A stretch of 64,000 bases of DNA, taken from an uncultured Acidobacteriota bacterium (GTDB taxonomy: Bacteria; Acidobacteriota; Thermoanaerobaculia; Multivoradales; UBA5704). Shown here piece after piece: positions 10,430 through 19,688 of the stretch (its first letter is position 1; the number at the start of each line of letters is the position of its first letter). The stretch spans positions 1,344,001-1,408,000 of the forward strand of contig OY969474.1 in the NCBI GenBank assembly GCA_963700145.1, written 5' to 3'. Made by a program: the position numbers and the translations under genes. The notes under the pieces are model-generated. The model was not told the origin of the DNA. It ran no database searches and saw nothing but the letters and a program-made list of their open reading frames with translations.

Positions 10430-11392
10430 GTGCGCGACGCCTTCGTGGCGACCATCGACGTCGAGCCCGGCGACCGGCAGCTCGACCCCGGCGAGCGGCC
10501 GGAGTGGAGCGGCTTCCTCGACTGCTGCCGGCTCTTCGGGCGGCTCCGCGAGCGGTTGCGCCTGCACACCGGCCGGCCGGTCCATTTCAGCTGGTTCCTG
10601 CGCATGGACCCGCAGGTCGCGGCGGTCTACGGCAGCCCGGGCTGGGTGGCGGAGCGCCACGGCGAGGCGCTGCGCGCGCTGGAGCGCGCCGGCGACCTCA
10701 TCGGCCTGCACGTCCACGCCTGGCAGTGGCGGCCGGAGGAGGGCGCGTGGGTGGCGGCGCACGGCGACCCGCGCTGGGTGCGGCGCTGCGTCGCCTTCGG
10801 GGCCGCCGCCTTCGGCGCCGCCCGCCGCCGGCCGCTGCGCGCCTTCCGCTTCGGCGACCGCTGGCTGAGCAACCCGACCGTCGCCCAGCTGGCGCGGCTC
10901 GGCGTGCGCTACGAGCTGACCGTCGAGCCCGGCATGCGGGAGGCCCCGGGCATGGTGCCGAGCGAGCGGAGCACCGGCGCGCTCCCCGATACCCGCGAGG
11001 CGCCGCGGCGGCCCTACCGCCCCTCGCTCGCCGACTACCGGCGGCCGGGGCGCTGGCTGCGGCGCCGCCTCTGGGAGCTGCCGGTGAGCACGGGCTGCGT
11101 CAACGGCCCGGCGCTCCCCGCCCGCTTCGAGCCGCAGCACGACGTGGTGCACCTGAACCTGGGGCTGCGGCCGGAATGGGTGCGCCACCTCCTCGACGGC
11201 CTCCTCGCGGCGCCCGAGCCGATCGTGGTGAGCGTCGCCCGCACGGGCGACGCCGAGTCGCCCGCCGGCCTGGCGAGCCTGGTCGAGAACCTGGAGTACC
11301 TGGCGGCGCACCCGGCGATCGCGGCGCGGGTCTTCGCCACGCCGCCGGAGGCGATCGCTCTCTACCGCGGCCGGCCCGGCCGCGCCGCCTAG
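10430..11392 (+). CDS. Polysaccharide deacetylase (CE4/NodB-fold)-like protein
   Basis: TIDVEP, IGLHVH, AFRFG, LWELPV motif order. Confidence 0.6.
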   Translation: MRDAFVATIDVEPGDRQLDPGERPEWSGFLDCCRLFGRLRERLRLHTGRPVHFSWFLRMDPQVAAVYGSPGWVAERHGEALRALERAGDLIGLHVHAWQWRPEEGAWVAAHGDPRWVRRCVAFGAAAFGAARRRPLRAFRFGDRWLSNPTVAQLARLGVRYELTVEPGMREAPGMVPSERSTGALPDTREAPRRPYRPSLADYRRPGRWLRRRLWELPVSTGCVNGPALPARFEPQHDVVHLNLGLRPEWVRHLLDGLLAAPEPIVVSVARTGDAESPAGLASLVENLEYLAAHPAIAARVFATPPEAIALYRGRPGRAA

Positions 11393-11429
11393 CTCCGAAG
11401 GGAGGTCGAGCCGCGAGGCGCAGACCTCA

Positions 11430-12029
11430 TTAGAACTCGACCTTCGGCGCCGTCTCGGCCCCCGGCACGGCGGTGAAGTAGGCCTTCTTCTCGAACCCCA
11501 GGAGCCCGGCGAAGAGCCGGGCCGGCAGGCGCAGGACCCTCGTGTTGTAGGCCTGCGCCGCCTCGTTGTAGCGCCGGCGCTCGACGGCGATGCGGTTCTC
11601 CGTGCCTTCGAGCTGGGCCATGAGGTTGGTGAAGTTGGCGACCGAGCGCAGCTCGGGGTAGCGCTCGACGACGACCAGCAGCCGCGACAGGGCCGAGGAG
11701 AGCTGGTCCTGCGCCGCCTGGAACTGGGCGAAGCGCTGCGGGTTGTCGAGGATCTCGGCGGTCGCTCCCGCCGACACCTGCCCGACGCGGCTCCGCGCCT
11801 CGACGACCTGCTGCAGCGTCTCACGCTCGAAAGCGGCCGAGCCCTTCACCGTGGCGACCAGGTTGGGGACCAGGTCGGCACGCCGCTGATAGGCGTTCTC
11901 CACCTGCGCCCAGGACTGCTCCACCTGCTGCTCCGCGCCGACCAGGCTGTTGTAGAGCCCGACGAGATAGAAGCCGGCGATGACGACGGCAACCACGACG
12001 GCGATGAGACAGCCGGTCTTCCCTTTCAT
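11430..12029 (-). CDS. lemA: LemA family protein
   Basis: N-terminal TM, QRRADLVPNLV, VVERYPELRS, LEGTENRIAVERRRYN. Confidence 0.95.
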   Translation of the reverse strand: MKGKTGCLIAVVVAVVIAGFYLVGLYNSLVGAEQQVEQSWAQVENAYQRRADLVPNLVATVKGSAAFERETLQQVVEARSRVGQVSAGATAEILDNPQRFAQFQAAQDQLSSALSRLLVVVERYPELRSVANFTNLMAQLEGTENRIAVERRRYNEAAQAYNTRVLRLPARLFAGLLGFEKKAYFTAVPGAETAPKVEF

Positions 12030-12192
12030 CTGCGTCTCCCCCGAGAAGGGCCCGGCGGTCGTGCCGCCGCAGCGGGGAGGATCATAGCGCCGTGGCGGTG
12101 CCGCGCGGACGGGGCCGGACCCGGCCGGGCCGGCGGCGAAACGGCGCCGCCGAGCCCGTCACGCGCCGATCAGGATGGGGGTGGAGCCCCGG

Positions 12193-12648
12193 TCACGGCT
12201 GCAAAACGCCCCATCTCGGAGATTGGCGGCCCATCTCGGAGATCCGGCGGTCGTTCCTGGTGTCGAGGATCACCCCGCCGTAGTCGGTCGAAACCGGTAC
12301 GTTGTCGCGCTCGGCATAGGGGGCGCGAATCCTCGCCGGCTCCGGATCGGCGAACTCGAAGGCTGCGTAGAGGAAGCGGTCGTCGTAGGCGAGCCAGGCG
12401 ACGTTGGCCACGCCGGGCGGCGTGTTGTCTCCGGGATCGTTCTCGAACCAGGTCTCGACCCTGGCCGCTCCTTGCCAGCCGGGGTCGTCGAGCACGCCGT
12501 CGACCTCGATCGCCCCGGCAGCGCGGCGGATCTCGATCGGCGGACCGCCACGCGCCGGCGGAGTCTCCTGCCCACGGAGGGCACAGGGCAGCAGCGCCAG
12601 GGCGAGGACACCGAAGACGGTTGGCGAGCAGCGGGCAGGCCGGTGCAC
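12193..12648 (-). pseudogene. Truncated CBM9-like/DUF5916-type secreted protein (N-terminal fragment)
   Basis: Signal peptide + IEVDGVLDDPGW...AYDDRFLYAAF...GVILDTRNDRR, then loss of homology at a 14-bp direct repeat. Family members are normally several hundred aa longer. Confidence 0.6.
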
Positions 12649-12695
12649 GGCGGGGTCCAGCGTTGACGCAAAAAGATGATAACACCGCTTCGCGG

Positions 12696-13058
12696 TTACG
12701 CCTGAGGAGCGCTCAGGAACTCGAGACGGTTGCGCATCTCTTCCGGGGCGAGCTCCCGGCTGAGGCGGAGAATGCGTCGCATCTGCTCACCCACAGAGAA
12801 CCGCTGCTGGGAGGCCAGAATGATTCCCGCGTGGGACCTGCCTTCCGCGAGGAACTGCGTGTGCAGCCGCTGGAAGTCGCCGATGTTGAAGCTGTAGAGA
12901 ACCCGACCTTCAGAAGTGGCGTACTCGAGCTGCTCGCGGTCCGAGCGCCCGACCATGCCGTCGTCCACCGCGTTCGCGACGTCCATGCCTCGGGCCTGGA
13001 GCGCTCTGATCAGCGCCCGGCTCATCGAGTCTTCGTCGAAGTAGAGGCGCAGAGCCAC
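12696..13058 (-). CDS. DUF5615 PIN-like toxin
   Basis: LRLYFDED, SDREQL, GRVLYSFNIGDF, HAGII. Confidence 0.85.
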   Translation of the reverse strand: MALRLYFDEDSMSRALIRALQARGMDVANAVDDGMVGRSDREQLEYATSEGRVLYSFNIGDFQRLHTQFLAEGRSHAGIILASQQRFSVGEQMRRILRLSRELAPEEMRNRLEFLSAPQA

Positions 13059-13061
13059 CGG

Positions 13062-13349
13062 CTATTCAGAGGCGGATGCGCTTCGCTCCAACCGCTCGGC
13101 TTCGGACTCCTCGGCGGCTAGGTACCCTTCGATCTCTTCGCGGTTCGCGTGGTAGTAGGCGAGTGCCGCGTGGACCTGCGCCAGGGAAAGGTGGCCGAAA
13201 TTCTCGGCGATCTCCTCCGGGCCCAGACCGAGCTTGTACCACCCGACGATGCGGTGGACGGAGACACCCGTTCCGCTGAGGATCGGGCGGTCCCCTCGCA
13301 CATCCGGGCGGCGCTCGATGAGGCTTCCGATCTCGGTCGTGGCAGCCAT
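13062..13349 (-). CDS. DUF433 antitoxin
   Basis: 95 aa from the ATG at 13349: PDVRGDRPILSGTGVSV...LSLAQVHAALAYY. Confidence 0.9.
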   Translation of the reverse strand: MAATTEIGSLIERRPDVRGDRPILSGTGVSVHRIVGWYKLGLGPEEIAENFGHLSLAQVHAALAYYHANREEIEGYLAAEESEAERLERSASASE

Positions 13350-13415
13350 GGCGAACGGAATGGTAGCGCAGTCACCATGTAGAATCGAGGCGCCCACACT
13401 GGAGAATCGAGCCGG

Positions 13416-14589
13416 ATGCCACGCCCCAGGAAGACCGACGGCGGTCGGTCGAAAAGCTCGCGCAAGCCGATCGAGCAGTACGAGCACACGCATGAGACCC
13501 GCCTCAACAATCCGCCCGTCGGGCTGGTGAAGCCCGAGACCGAGCCCGAAGAGAGCAAGAAGAAGTACGAATACGACCCGCACCTCGACCCGCAGCTCGT
13601 CTGGGCCGGGAAGGCCGAGCACACGAGCTTCGAGGTGCCGACGGTGTCGCTGCACGTTCACGAGCGGATCGATCCGAAGACGGTGCTCGAAGCCGTGCGC
13701 AAGCGCAACGGCGAGCCCGGCCCCGAGCAGCTTTCGATGTTCGCGCGCCCGGAGGAGCAGCGGCCGCTGCGCGAGGCGCTGGATTTCTACAAGCACGCGC
13801 ACGGCTGGAGCAACCGAATGGTCGCCGGCGACTCACTGCTGGTGATGAACTCGCTGCTCGAAAAGGAGGGGATGGCGGGCAAGGTGCAGATGATCTACAT
13901 CGACCCGCCTTAAGGCATCCGGTACGGATCAAACTTCCAGCCCTTCGTCAACCGGCGGGACGTGAAGGACGGGAAGGACGAGGACCTGACCCAGGAGCCC
14001 GAGATGATTCGGGCGTTCCGGGATACGTGGGAGCTGGGAATTCACTCGTACTTGGCATACTTACGGGATCGCCTGCTGCTAGCGCGGGCGCTGCTGCACG
14101 AAAGTGGAAGTATCTTTGTACAGATCAACGACGAGAACCTGCACATCGTGCGAAATCTGATGGACGAAGTGTTTGCTCCAAGGAATTTCATAAGCGTGAT
14201 TTCCTTCAGCACCACGTCGGCTCTCGCCGGCAACCTGCTCGGTAGAAGCTGCGATTACCTCGTGTGGTACGGACGCACTGCGGAAAGGGTGAAATACAGG
14301 CGCCTCTTCAAACCGAGAGGCATTGAAGACGACATCGGCCTACGCTTCACTCGTATTGAACTTCTCGAGGGAACTCGACGGCCTATGAGTACTGAGGAAC
14401 GCTCGCGGCCGGATACTCTCCCAGAAGGCTCGCGGATCTACCGCCACGACAATCTGACGTCCGCTGGTGCGGAGACCACGGTCTTCCCAGTGCAATTCGA
14501 CGAACGCACCTATCACCCAGGCGTTGGCCAGCACTGGAAGACGAGCGAAGCAGGAATTGCGCGTCTTATCGCCGCGCGCCGCTTGGCAG
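13416..14589 (+). pseudogene. mod: Type III R-M adenine methyltransferase (Mod): nonsense codon in the catalytic motif and IS-truncated
   Basis: ...GDSLLVMNSLL...GKVQMIYIDPP*GIRYGSNFQPF...FRDTWELGIHSYLAYLRDRL reads in one frame; TAA at 13911-13913 replaces Tyr of DPPY. The gene ends at the IS256 left end, before any SAM-binding FxGxG motif. Confidence 0.9.
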
Positions 14590-16048
14590 GGGGTTGTCCC
14601 TCCCGCTGTTGAAAGAGCAATGAGGTGAAGGCGGCTCCTCGGCCCACCTGATCGAGAATCGGGTTGGTCGAATAACCGGCCCCGCCAGGGGGCCAAGGAG
14701 CCGTGATGAAGACGAGAGCAGAAAGGCGGGTGGTGTGGCAAGGGGGCCGTGCGGCGCGCATCAGCCACGGGCTACAAGCGCTGCTGCGGCCGATGGTCGA
14801 GGGCATCGAGGCCAGCCGCCAGGGGCTGCTGGAGCTGTTTCACGCCGCGGGCGTCGAGGCCCTGGGGCGGCAGCTCGCGGACGAGGTCGAGGCCGTCGTC
14901 GGTCCGAAGCGTCGGCGCAATCCGACCCGCGAGGCGTACCGCTGGGGCTCGACGGCGAGCGAGTTCGTGCTGGGTGGCCGCCAGGTGGCGCTGCCGCGAC
15001 CGCGCGTCCGGCGACGCGACGGTGGCGAGATGAGCTTGCCTTCGGTGCGCGCCTTTCAGGACGAAGATCCCTTCACGGAGCGGGTGATCGAGCAGGCGCT
15101 GGTCGGCGTCTCGCAGCGCCGCTACGGTCGGAGCTTGGAGCCGCTCGCAGAGTCGGTGCCGGAGCGCGCGACGAGCAAGAGTGCGGTCCAGCGCCGGCTG
15201 GTGGCGGGGACGCGTCGTCTGCTGGGCGCGTGGCTGCGCCGAGACCTGTCGGACTTCCAGCCCCTGATCCTGATGATCGACGGGCTGGAGGTGGCCGGCC
15301 ACACCCTGGTGGTGGCACTCGGCATCGCGCGCGACGGGACCAAGCGGGTGCTCGGCCTGCGTGAAGGCGCGACGGAGAACGCGGCGCTCTGTACCGGCCT
15401 GCTCCAGGAGCTGTTGGAGCGAGGCCTCGCGATGCCGCCGCGCTTCTTGGCGGTGCTCGACGGCGGCAAGGGGCTGCGCAAGGCCGTGCGCGCCGTCTTC
15501 GGGGACGCAACCCACGTCCAGCGCTGCCAGCTCCACAAGCGCCGCAACGTCCGCGACCACCTGCCCAAGCAGCTCCAAGCCCGGGTCGACCGCCTGATGG
15601 TCGAGGCCTACCAGAGCGCTCGCTTCGACCTCGCCAAGCGTCGCCTCGAGCAGCTTGCCCGCTGGCTCGAGCACGCAGGCCACGCGGGCGCCGCGGGCAG
15701 CCTGCGCGAGGGCCTCGACGAGACCCTCACCGCCTTGCGGCTGAAGCTGCCCGACGCTCTGCGCCGGTTGCTCGCCTCGACCAACGCGATCGAGAACACG
15801 ATCGGCTCGATCCGTACGACGACGCGCAACGTCAAGCGCTGGCGCGGCGGCGACATGGTGCTGCGCTGGGTCGCCCTGGCGCTGTGTGACGCGGAGGCTG
15901 GCTTCCGGCGTGTCAAGGGACATCGGCACCTCGGGGCTCTCGAGCTCGCGCTCGCGGCGATCGAGGAACCGACGAACACCAAGGCCGTGGCATGATCAAC
16001 CGAGCCGCTTTCCCTCTTTCGGCTTTCAACAGGGAACGGGGCATCCCC
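14590..16048 (+). mobile_element. IS256-family insertion sequence
   Basis: Imperfect 36-bp terminal IRs (ggggttgtccctcccgctgttgaaagagcaatgagg vs reverse complement of right end ggggatgccccgttccctgttgaaagccgaaagagg, ~26/36). No target-site duplication visible. Confidence 0.9.
14703..15995 (+). CDS. IS256 family DDE transposase
   Basis: LMIDG, AVLDGGKG, QRCQLHK (CxxH), TNAIE catalytic motifs. Confidence 0.93.
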   Translation: MMKTRAERRVVWQGGRAARISHGLQALLRPMVEGIEASRQGLLELFHAAGVEALGRQLADEVEAVVGPKRRRNPTREAYRWGSTASEFVLGGRQVALPRPRVRRRDGGEMSLPSVRAFQDEDPFTERVIEQALVGVSQRRYGRSLEPLAESVPERATSKSAVQRRLVAGTRRLLGAWLRRDLSDFQPLILMIDGLEVAGHTLVVALGIARDGTKRVLGLREGATENAALCTGLLQELLERGLAMPPRFLAVLDGGKGLRKAVRAVFGDATHVQRCQLHKRRNVRDHLPKQLQARVDRLMVEAYQSARFDLAKRRLEQLARWLEHAGHAGAAGSLREGLDETLTALRLKLPDALRRLLASTNAIENTIGSIRTTTRNVKRWRGGDMVLRWVALALCDAEAGFRRVKGHRHLGALELALAAIEEPTNTKAVA

Positions 16049-17335
16049 GTCCGCAAGCTCACCAAGCAGGAGCAGGCCGAGGCGCTGCGCCAGCAGGTGG
16101 ACAGCGTCGGGCAGCGCGGCAAGCCCGGCGAGCGCATCCAGAACGTGATCTCGGTCGGCATGCTCTCCGAAGGGTGGGACGCCAAGACGGTGACGCACAT
16201 CATGGGGCTGCGCGCCTTTACCAGCCAGCTCCTCTGCGAGCAGGTCGTGGGGCGCGGGCTGCGGCGCACGAGCTACGAGGTCGATCCCGAGAGCGGCTTC
16301 TTCCGCCCCGAGTTCGTCAACATCTTCGGCGTGCCGTTCACCTTCCTGCCGCACGAGGCGACCGAGGGAACGCCGCCCCCGCCGCCCAAGCCGCGCACGC
16401 GCATCGAGCCGGTGCCGGAGAAGGTGGAGCTCGCGATCGAGTGGCCGAACGTGGTGCGGATCGATCAGGTCTACGGCACGCGCCTCACGCTCGACTTGGC
16501 GGCGGTGCCGCCGCTCCACCTCGCGGCGCACGAGACGATCCAGCTCGCCGAGATCGCGCCCACCGTGGACGGCAAGCCCGATCCGACCCGCATCGCGCAG
16601 ATCGCGCTCGAAGAGCTCGGCCGCCGCAACCGCATGCAGACGATCGCCTTCAAGACCGCCGCCGAGGTCTTCGACCAGGTCAAGCCCGGCTGGCCCGGCA
16701 GCCGCGAGGCGCTGCTCGGCCAGCTCGTGCGGATCGTCGAGCGGTTCCTGGCCTCCGACCGCATCGCCATCACGCCGCGCGCCTACGACGAAGAGCCACT
16801 GCGGCGGCGCATCCTCCTGACCCTCAACATGAGCCGCATCGTCCAGCACCTCTTCGACGCCATCCGCCTCGAGAACACGACAGAGCGCAAGCTCGTCCTC
16901 GACCGCGAGCGCCCCCTCCGCTCCACCGGCGACATGCTCCCCTGGTACACCTCGAAGCCCAACGCCCCGACCGACCGCTCGCATATCAACTTCTGCGTCT
17001 TCGACAGCGGCTGGGAATCGAGCGAGGCCTTCGCCCTGGACCACCACCCCCAAGTCGCCGCCTGGGCCAAGAACGAGCACTTAGGCTTCGAGGTCCACTA
17101 CCTCTTCGAAGGCGGCGTCCACAAGTACCGCCCTGATTTTCTGGTGCGGCTGAAGAACGGCGTGGTGCTGGTCCTAGAGACGAAGGGCCAGGAGACGGCG
17201 CAGGACAGGACCAAGCGCGACTTCCTCGCCGAGTGGGTAGAAGCCGTCAACGAGCACGGCGGGTTCGGGCGGTGGGCCTGTGACGTGTCGCGGTCGCCGT
17301 CGGACGTGGCGGACGTGCTGGCGCGGCATAGTTGA
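15992..17335 (+). pseudogene. res: C-terminal fragment of a type III restriction endonuclease (Res; BPTD_3080-like)
   Basis: Helicase motifs V/VI (SVGMLSEGWD, QVVGRGLRR) and nuclease YRPDFLV...LETKG present; Walker A/B absent; first ~19 codons derive from the IS right end. Confidence 0.85.
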
Positions 17336-17364
17336 CGGAAGACGCGACTATTGTCGTTCTATGC

Positions 17365-18399
17365 CTAGCTAGGTGTGGCCGCCGGTGCTTGGCGCGCGCG
17401 CGTGGCTCGGGGACGGCGCTGGACTTTCCGCTTCGACTGTACCTCGTAGCGTTCTCTTGTAATCGGTGATCTCAGATGATCGTCATTAATGAGCTTGAGA
17501 ATACCCCACGTCTTGCTTTCGTTGAAGATGATTCTACGCGAGCTCCGATCGAGCTCTACATCCACCTCCCAGTTATCCGCCACTTGGTAAAGCTTGTCGA
17601 ATGTAATCTGATCTAGCCTTACATTCTGATGAATGTCCGCCAGCTTCTTCTGTTTTCTCTCATCGTTCTGGCAAGCCGCCTCGAAGCCCTTCACGTTATC
17701 GATCAAATTCAGCGTGGCGATTTCCTGAATAGCCTCCTTAGCCAGGGGTGCATAGATCGTCCCCACTAGCTCGAACATCTGCTCGAAGAGCGTCTCTTGT
17801 AGTATGACGACTTCGTCTTCGACGACGATGGCATCAGCCTGCTCATCAAAGTTAAAGACGGGATCCCCAATTCGGGTAAAAGTGCCTTCGTGGAGTAGGG
17901 CCTTGAGCCCTCCACCGCGAATCACCTTGGATGGTTGGAACTTCCTAAAGTATGCAACCTGCAAGTTTGGGATGTGGAGAACGACGGCGTAAGCCCAGAC
18001 AGAGTTGAAGAAGCTATCATCCGGTGTCGCGTACTCAACCTGCGCGGGCTTCTCCATCTGTTTGAGGAGGTCGCTTAGCACCGGAACTTTCCTTACGGCT
18101 TCGGTTTGCATCCGAGGTTTATCGCCGACTGAGTAAGGATCGAACTTCACAAACACGAGGTCGTCGGTCGTGGCGAGTTTGTCAATATGAGCCAGTAAAA
18201 CGCCACGGAACTCCTTGGCAATGTCCTTGTCCATCCTTGCTCGTTGAAGCTCGAAATGAGAGCGCGCTTGCTTCGGCTTGTCTTCGGTCGATGGTCTATG
18301 CTCGGCTTTTGGCGTGCGTAGAATGAAGAAGAGGCTTGTCGCTGCCCTCGCGGAGCGCGCAGTCTGAACAAGAGACTTAAGATCACCGTGGTTGACCAT
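17365..18399 (-). CDS. kwaB: Kiwa anti-phage protein KwaB (DUF4868-like)
   Basis: 344-aa soluble protein with YFRKF...VFNFDEQADAI...FEQMF...LKLINDDHLRSPITRERY pattern; downstream of a KwaA-like TM gene; markedly lower GC. Confidence 0.75.
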   Translation of the reverse strand: MVNHGDLKSLVQTARSARAATSLFFILRTPKAEHRPSTEDKPKQARSHFELQRARMDKDIAKEFRGVLLAHIDKLATTDDLVFVKFDPYSVGDKPRMQTEAVRKVPVLSDLLKQMEKPAQVEYATPDDSFFNSVWAYAVVLHIPNLQVAYFRKFQPSKVIRGGGLKALLHEGTFTRIGDPVFNFDEQADAIVVEDEVVILQETLFEQMFELVGTIYAPLAKEAIQEIATLNLIDNVKGFEAACQNDERKQKKLADIHQNVRLDQITFDKLYQVADNWEVDVELDRSSRRIIFNESKTWGILKLINDDHLRSPITRERYEVQSKRKVQRRPRATRARQAPAATPS

Positions 18400-18985
18400 C
18401 CTTGACCTCCAAGTAAATGTCGTCGGTTACCTGCACGACCGGCATCTGGTGCTCGATCTTTCTTCGATCTCGTTTGGTGATGAGGAAGAATGACTCCTTG
18501 CCGTTAGAGGCGAGTTCATACAATCGGTATCCGAAGAGGCTGAGCATCGGGTTTGTGGCAAGCAAGGTCGAGTGTACGTAGATCACTCCGATGACCACGA
18601 GGAGAATAAGCAGGGGTAGTAGATCCCTTTGCAGGTCGAACTCCAGGAAAGGAATGATGTAAGTGACGATGTAGTTGAGCGACTCGCCGGCTTTCGGCGT
18701 CTTGGTCGTGAATGCGGGTAGCGGCTCTGGCGCGAGGAAGAGCCCTCGTAGAAAAAGAGCGAGGGCGAGGTTCGAAATGAGCAGCAGTGCCACCATCGCC
18801 CAGGAGAACCAAGGCATTCCGAAGAGGGTCCAAAGCGCGTGGAGTGCCGAGGGGCTGCTCTGTGGCGGCCACTTCCCAAGCTGCAGGTCCCGAATCAACA
18901 GGATGAGGAAGAAGGGTGTATAGGCATTAGCGAAAAGCGCCCACTTCACCCAAACTCTCATGGCGAATCTCCGATGGCTAGCCAT
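18383..18985 (-). CDS. kwaA: Kiwa anti-phage membrane protein KwaA
   Basis: About four TM segments; AYTPFFLILLI, ESLNYIVTYIIPFL, TNPMLSLFGYRLY; overlaps kwaB by 17 bp; start may be 18961. Confidence 0.72.
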   Translation of the reverse strand: MASHRRFAMRVWVKWALFANAYTPFFLILLIRDLQLGKWPPQSSPSALHALWTLFGMPWFSWAMVALLLISNLALALFLRGLFLAPEPLPAFTTKTPKAGESLNYIVTYIIPFLEFDLQRDLLPLLILLVVIGVIYVHSTLLATNPMLSLFGYRLYELASNGKESFFLITKRDRRKIEHQMPVVQVTDDIYLEVKDGQPR

Positions 18986-19052
18986 TCAGCATACACCAAA
19001 GAATGGTGACTTGCAGCTTGGGGCGCCCCCAAGCTCAAGCAATTGATCTGCA

Positions 19053-19688
19053 CTAGGCAGCGAGGTGCCGGTCGAGCATGTCGGCGAACACCGCAACCAT
19101 CGCCTGGTGCTCGCCTCGCATCGACAGCGCGGCGGCCGTGGCGTAGAGGCTCCCCTCCGGCCTGGGCTTGAGTCTCACGAACGGCGGGAGACCGTAGCGC
19201 AACGCGCACCAGTTCGCCCACAGCCGGGCGGTGCGCCCGTTGCCGTTGGCGAACGGGTGGATGCGGACCCATTCACCGTGGGCATAGGCACAGAGGGTGA
19301 GCACGGCGCGAAGTTGCATCGCATCGGCCGGACGGCGGTTCACCGGGATCACGGGGTCGAGCGCGGCGACTGCCTTCTCCATGGCAGCCTCGAAACTCGC
19401 GAGGAGTTGCGGTACTCGGCGCGACTCCGAACCGCGCTGGCGGCCGACCCTCACCTCGTAGCCGAACAGCTCCGGAAACCTGGGATCGCGGTCGCGCACC
19501 TCGCCCGCGTAGTAGCGAACAGGCAGTCGCACGCCGTCGTAGATCCGGCGGTGCCACTCCTGCGCCATCGCCACGGCCGGCGGCGGACGGCGGGCGGCTT
19601 GCTGCGCGATCTCTCGAAGGACGTGAGTGAGGTTCTGAACGATGACGGGCGCGTCGCGCGGGTCATCCTCGTTCCACGGAATCGCCAA
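19053..19688 (-). CDS. Fic/Doc family protein (putative toxin)
   Basis: RIHPFANGNGRTAR Fic motif. Confidence 0.9.
   Translation of the reverse strand: MAIPWNEDDPRDAPVIVQNLTHVLREIAQQAARRPPPAVAMAQEWHRRIYDGVRLPVRYYAGEVRDRDPRFPELFGYEVRVGRQRGSESRRVPQLLASFEAAMEKAVAALDPVIPVNRRPADAMQLRAVLTLCAYAHGEWVRIHPFANGNGRTARLWANWCALRYGLPPFVRLKPRPEGSLYATAAALSMRGEHQAMVAVFADMLDRHLAA

Noticed and set aside
12181-12206. tggagccccgg... as a second tRNA-derived att site
   Set aside because: No match to tRNA-Phe and no T-arm (tcgaa) signature.
13911-13913. Programmed readthrough or recoding of the mod stop
   Set aside because: The codon is TAA (not the Sec/Pyl codons), TAA terminates other genes here, and the gene is also IS-truncated.
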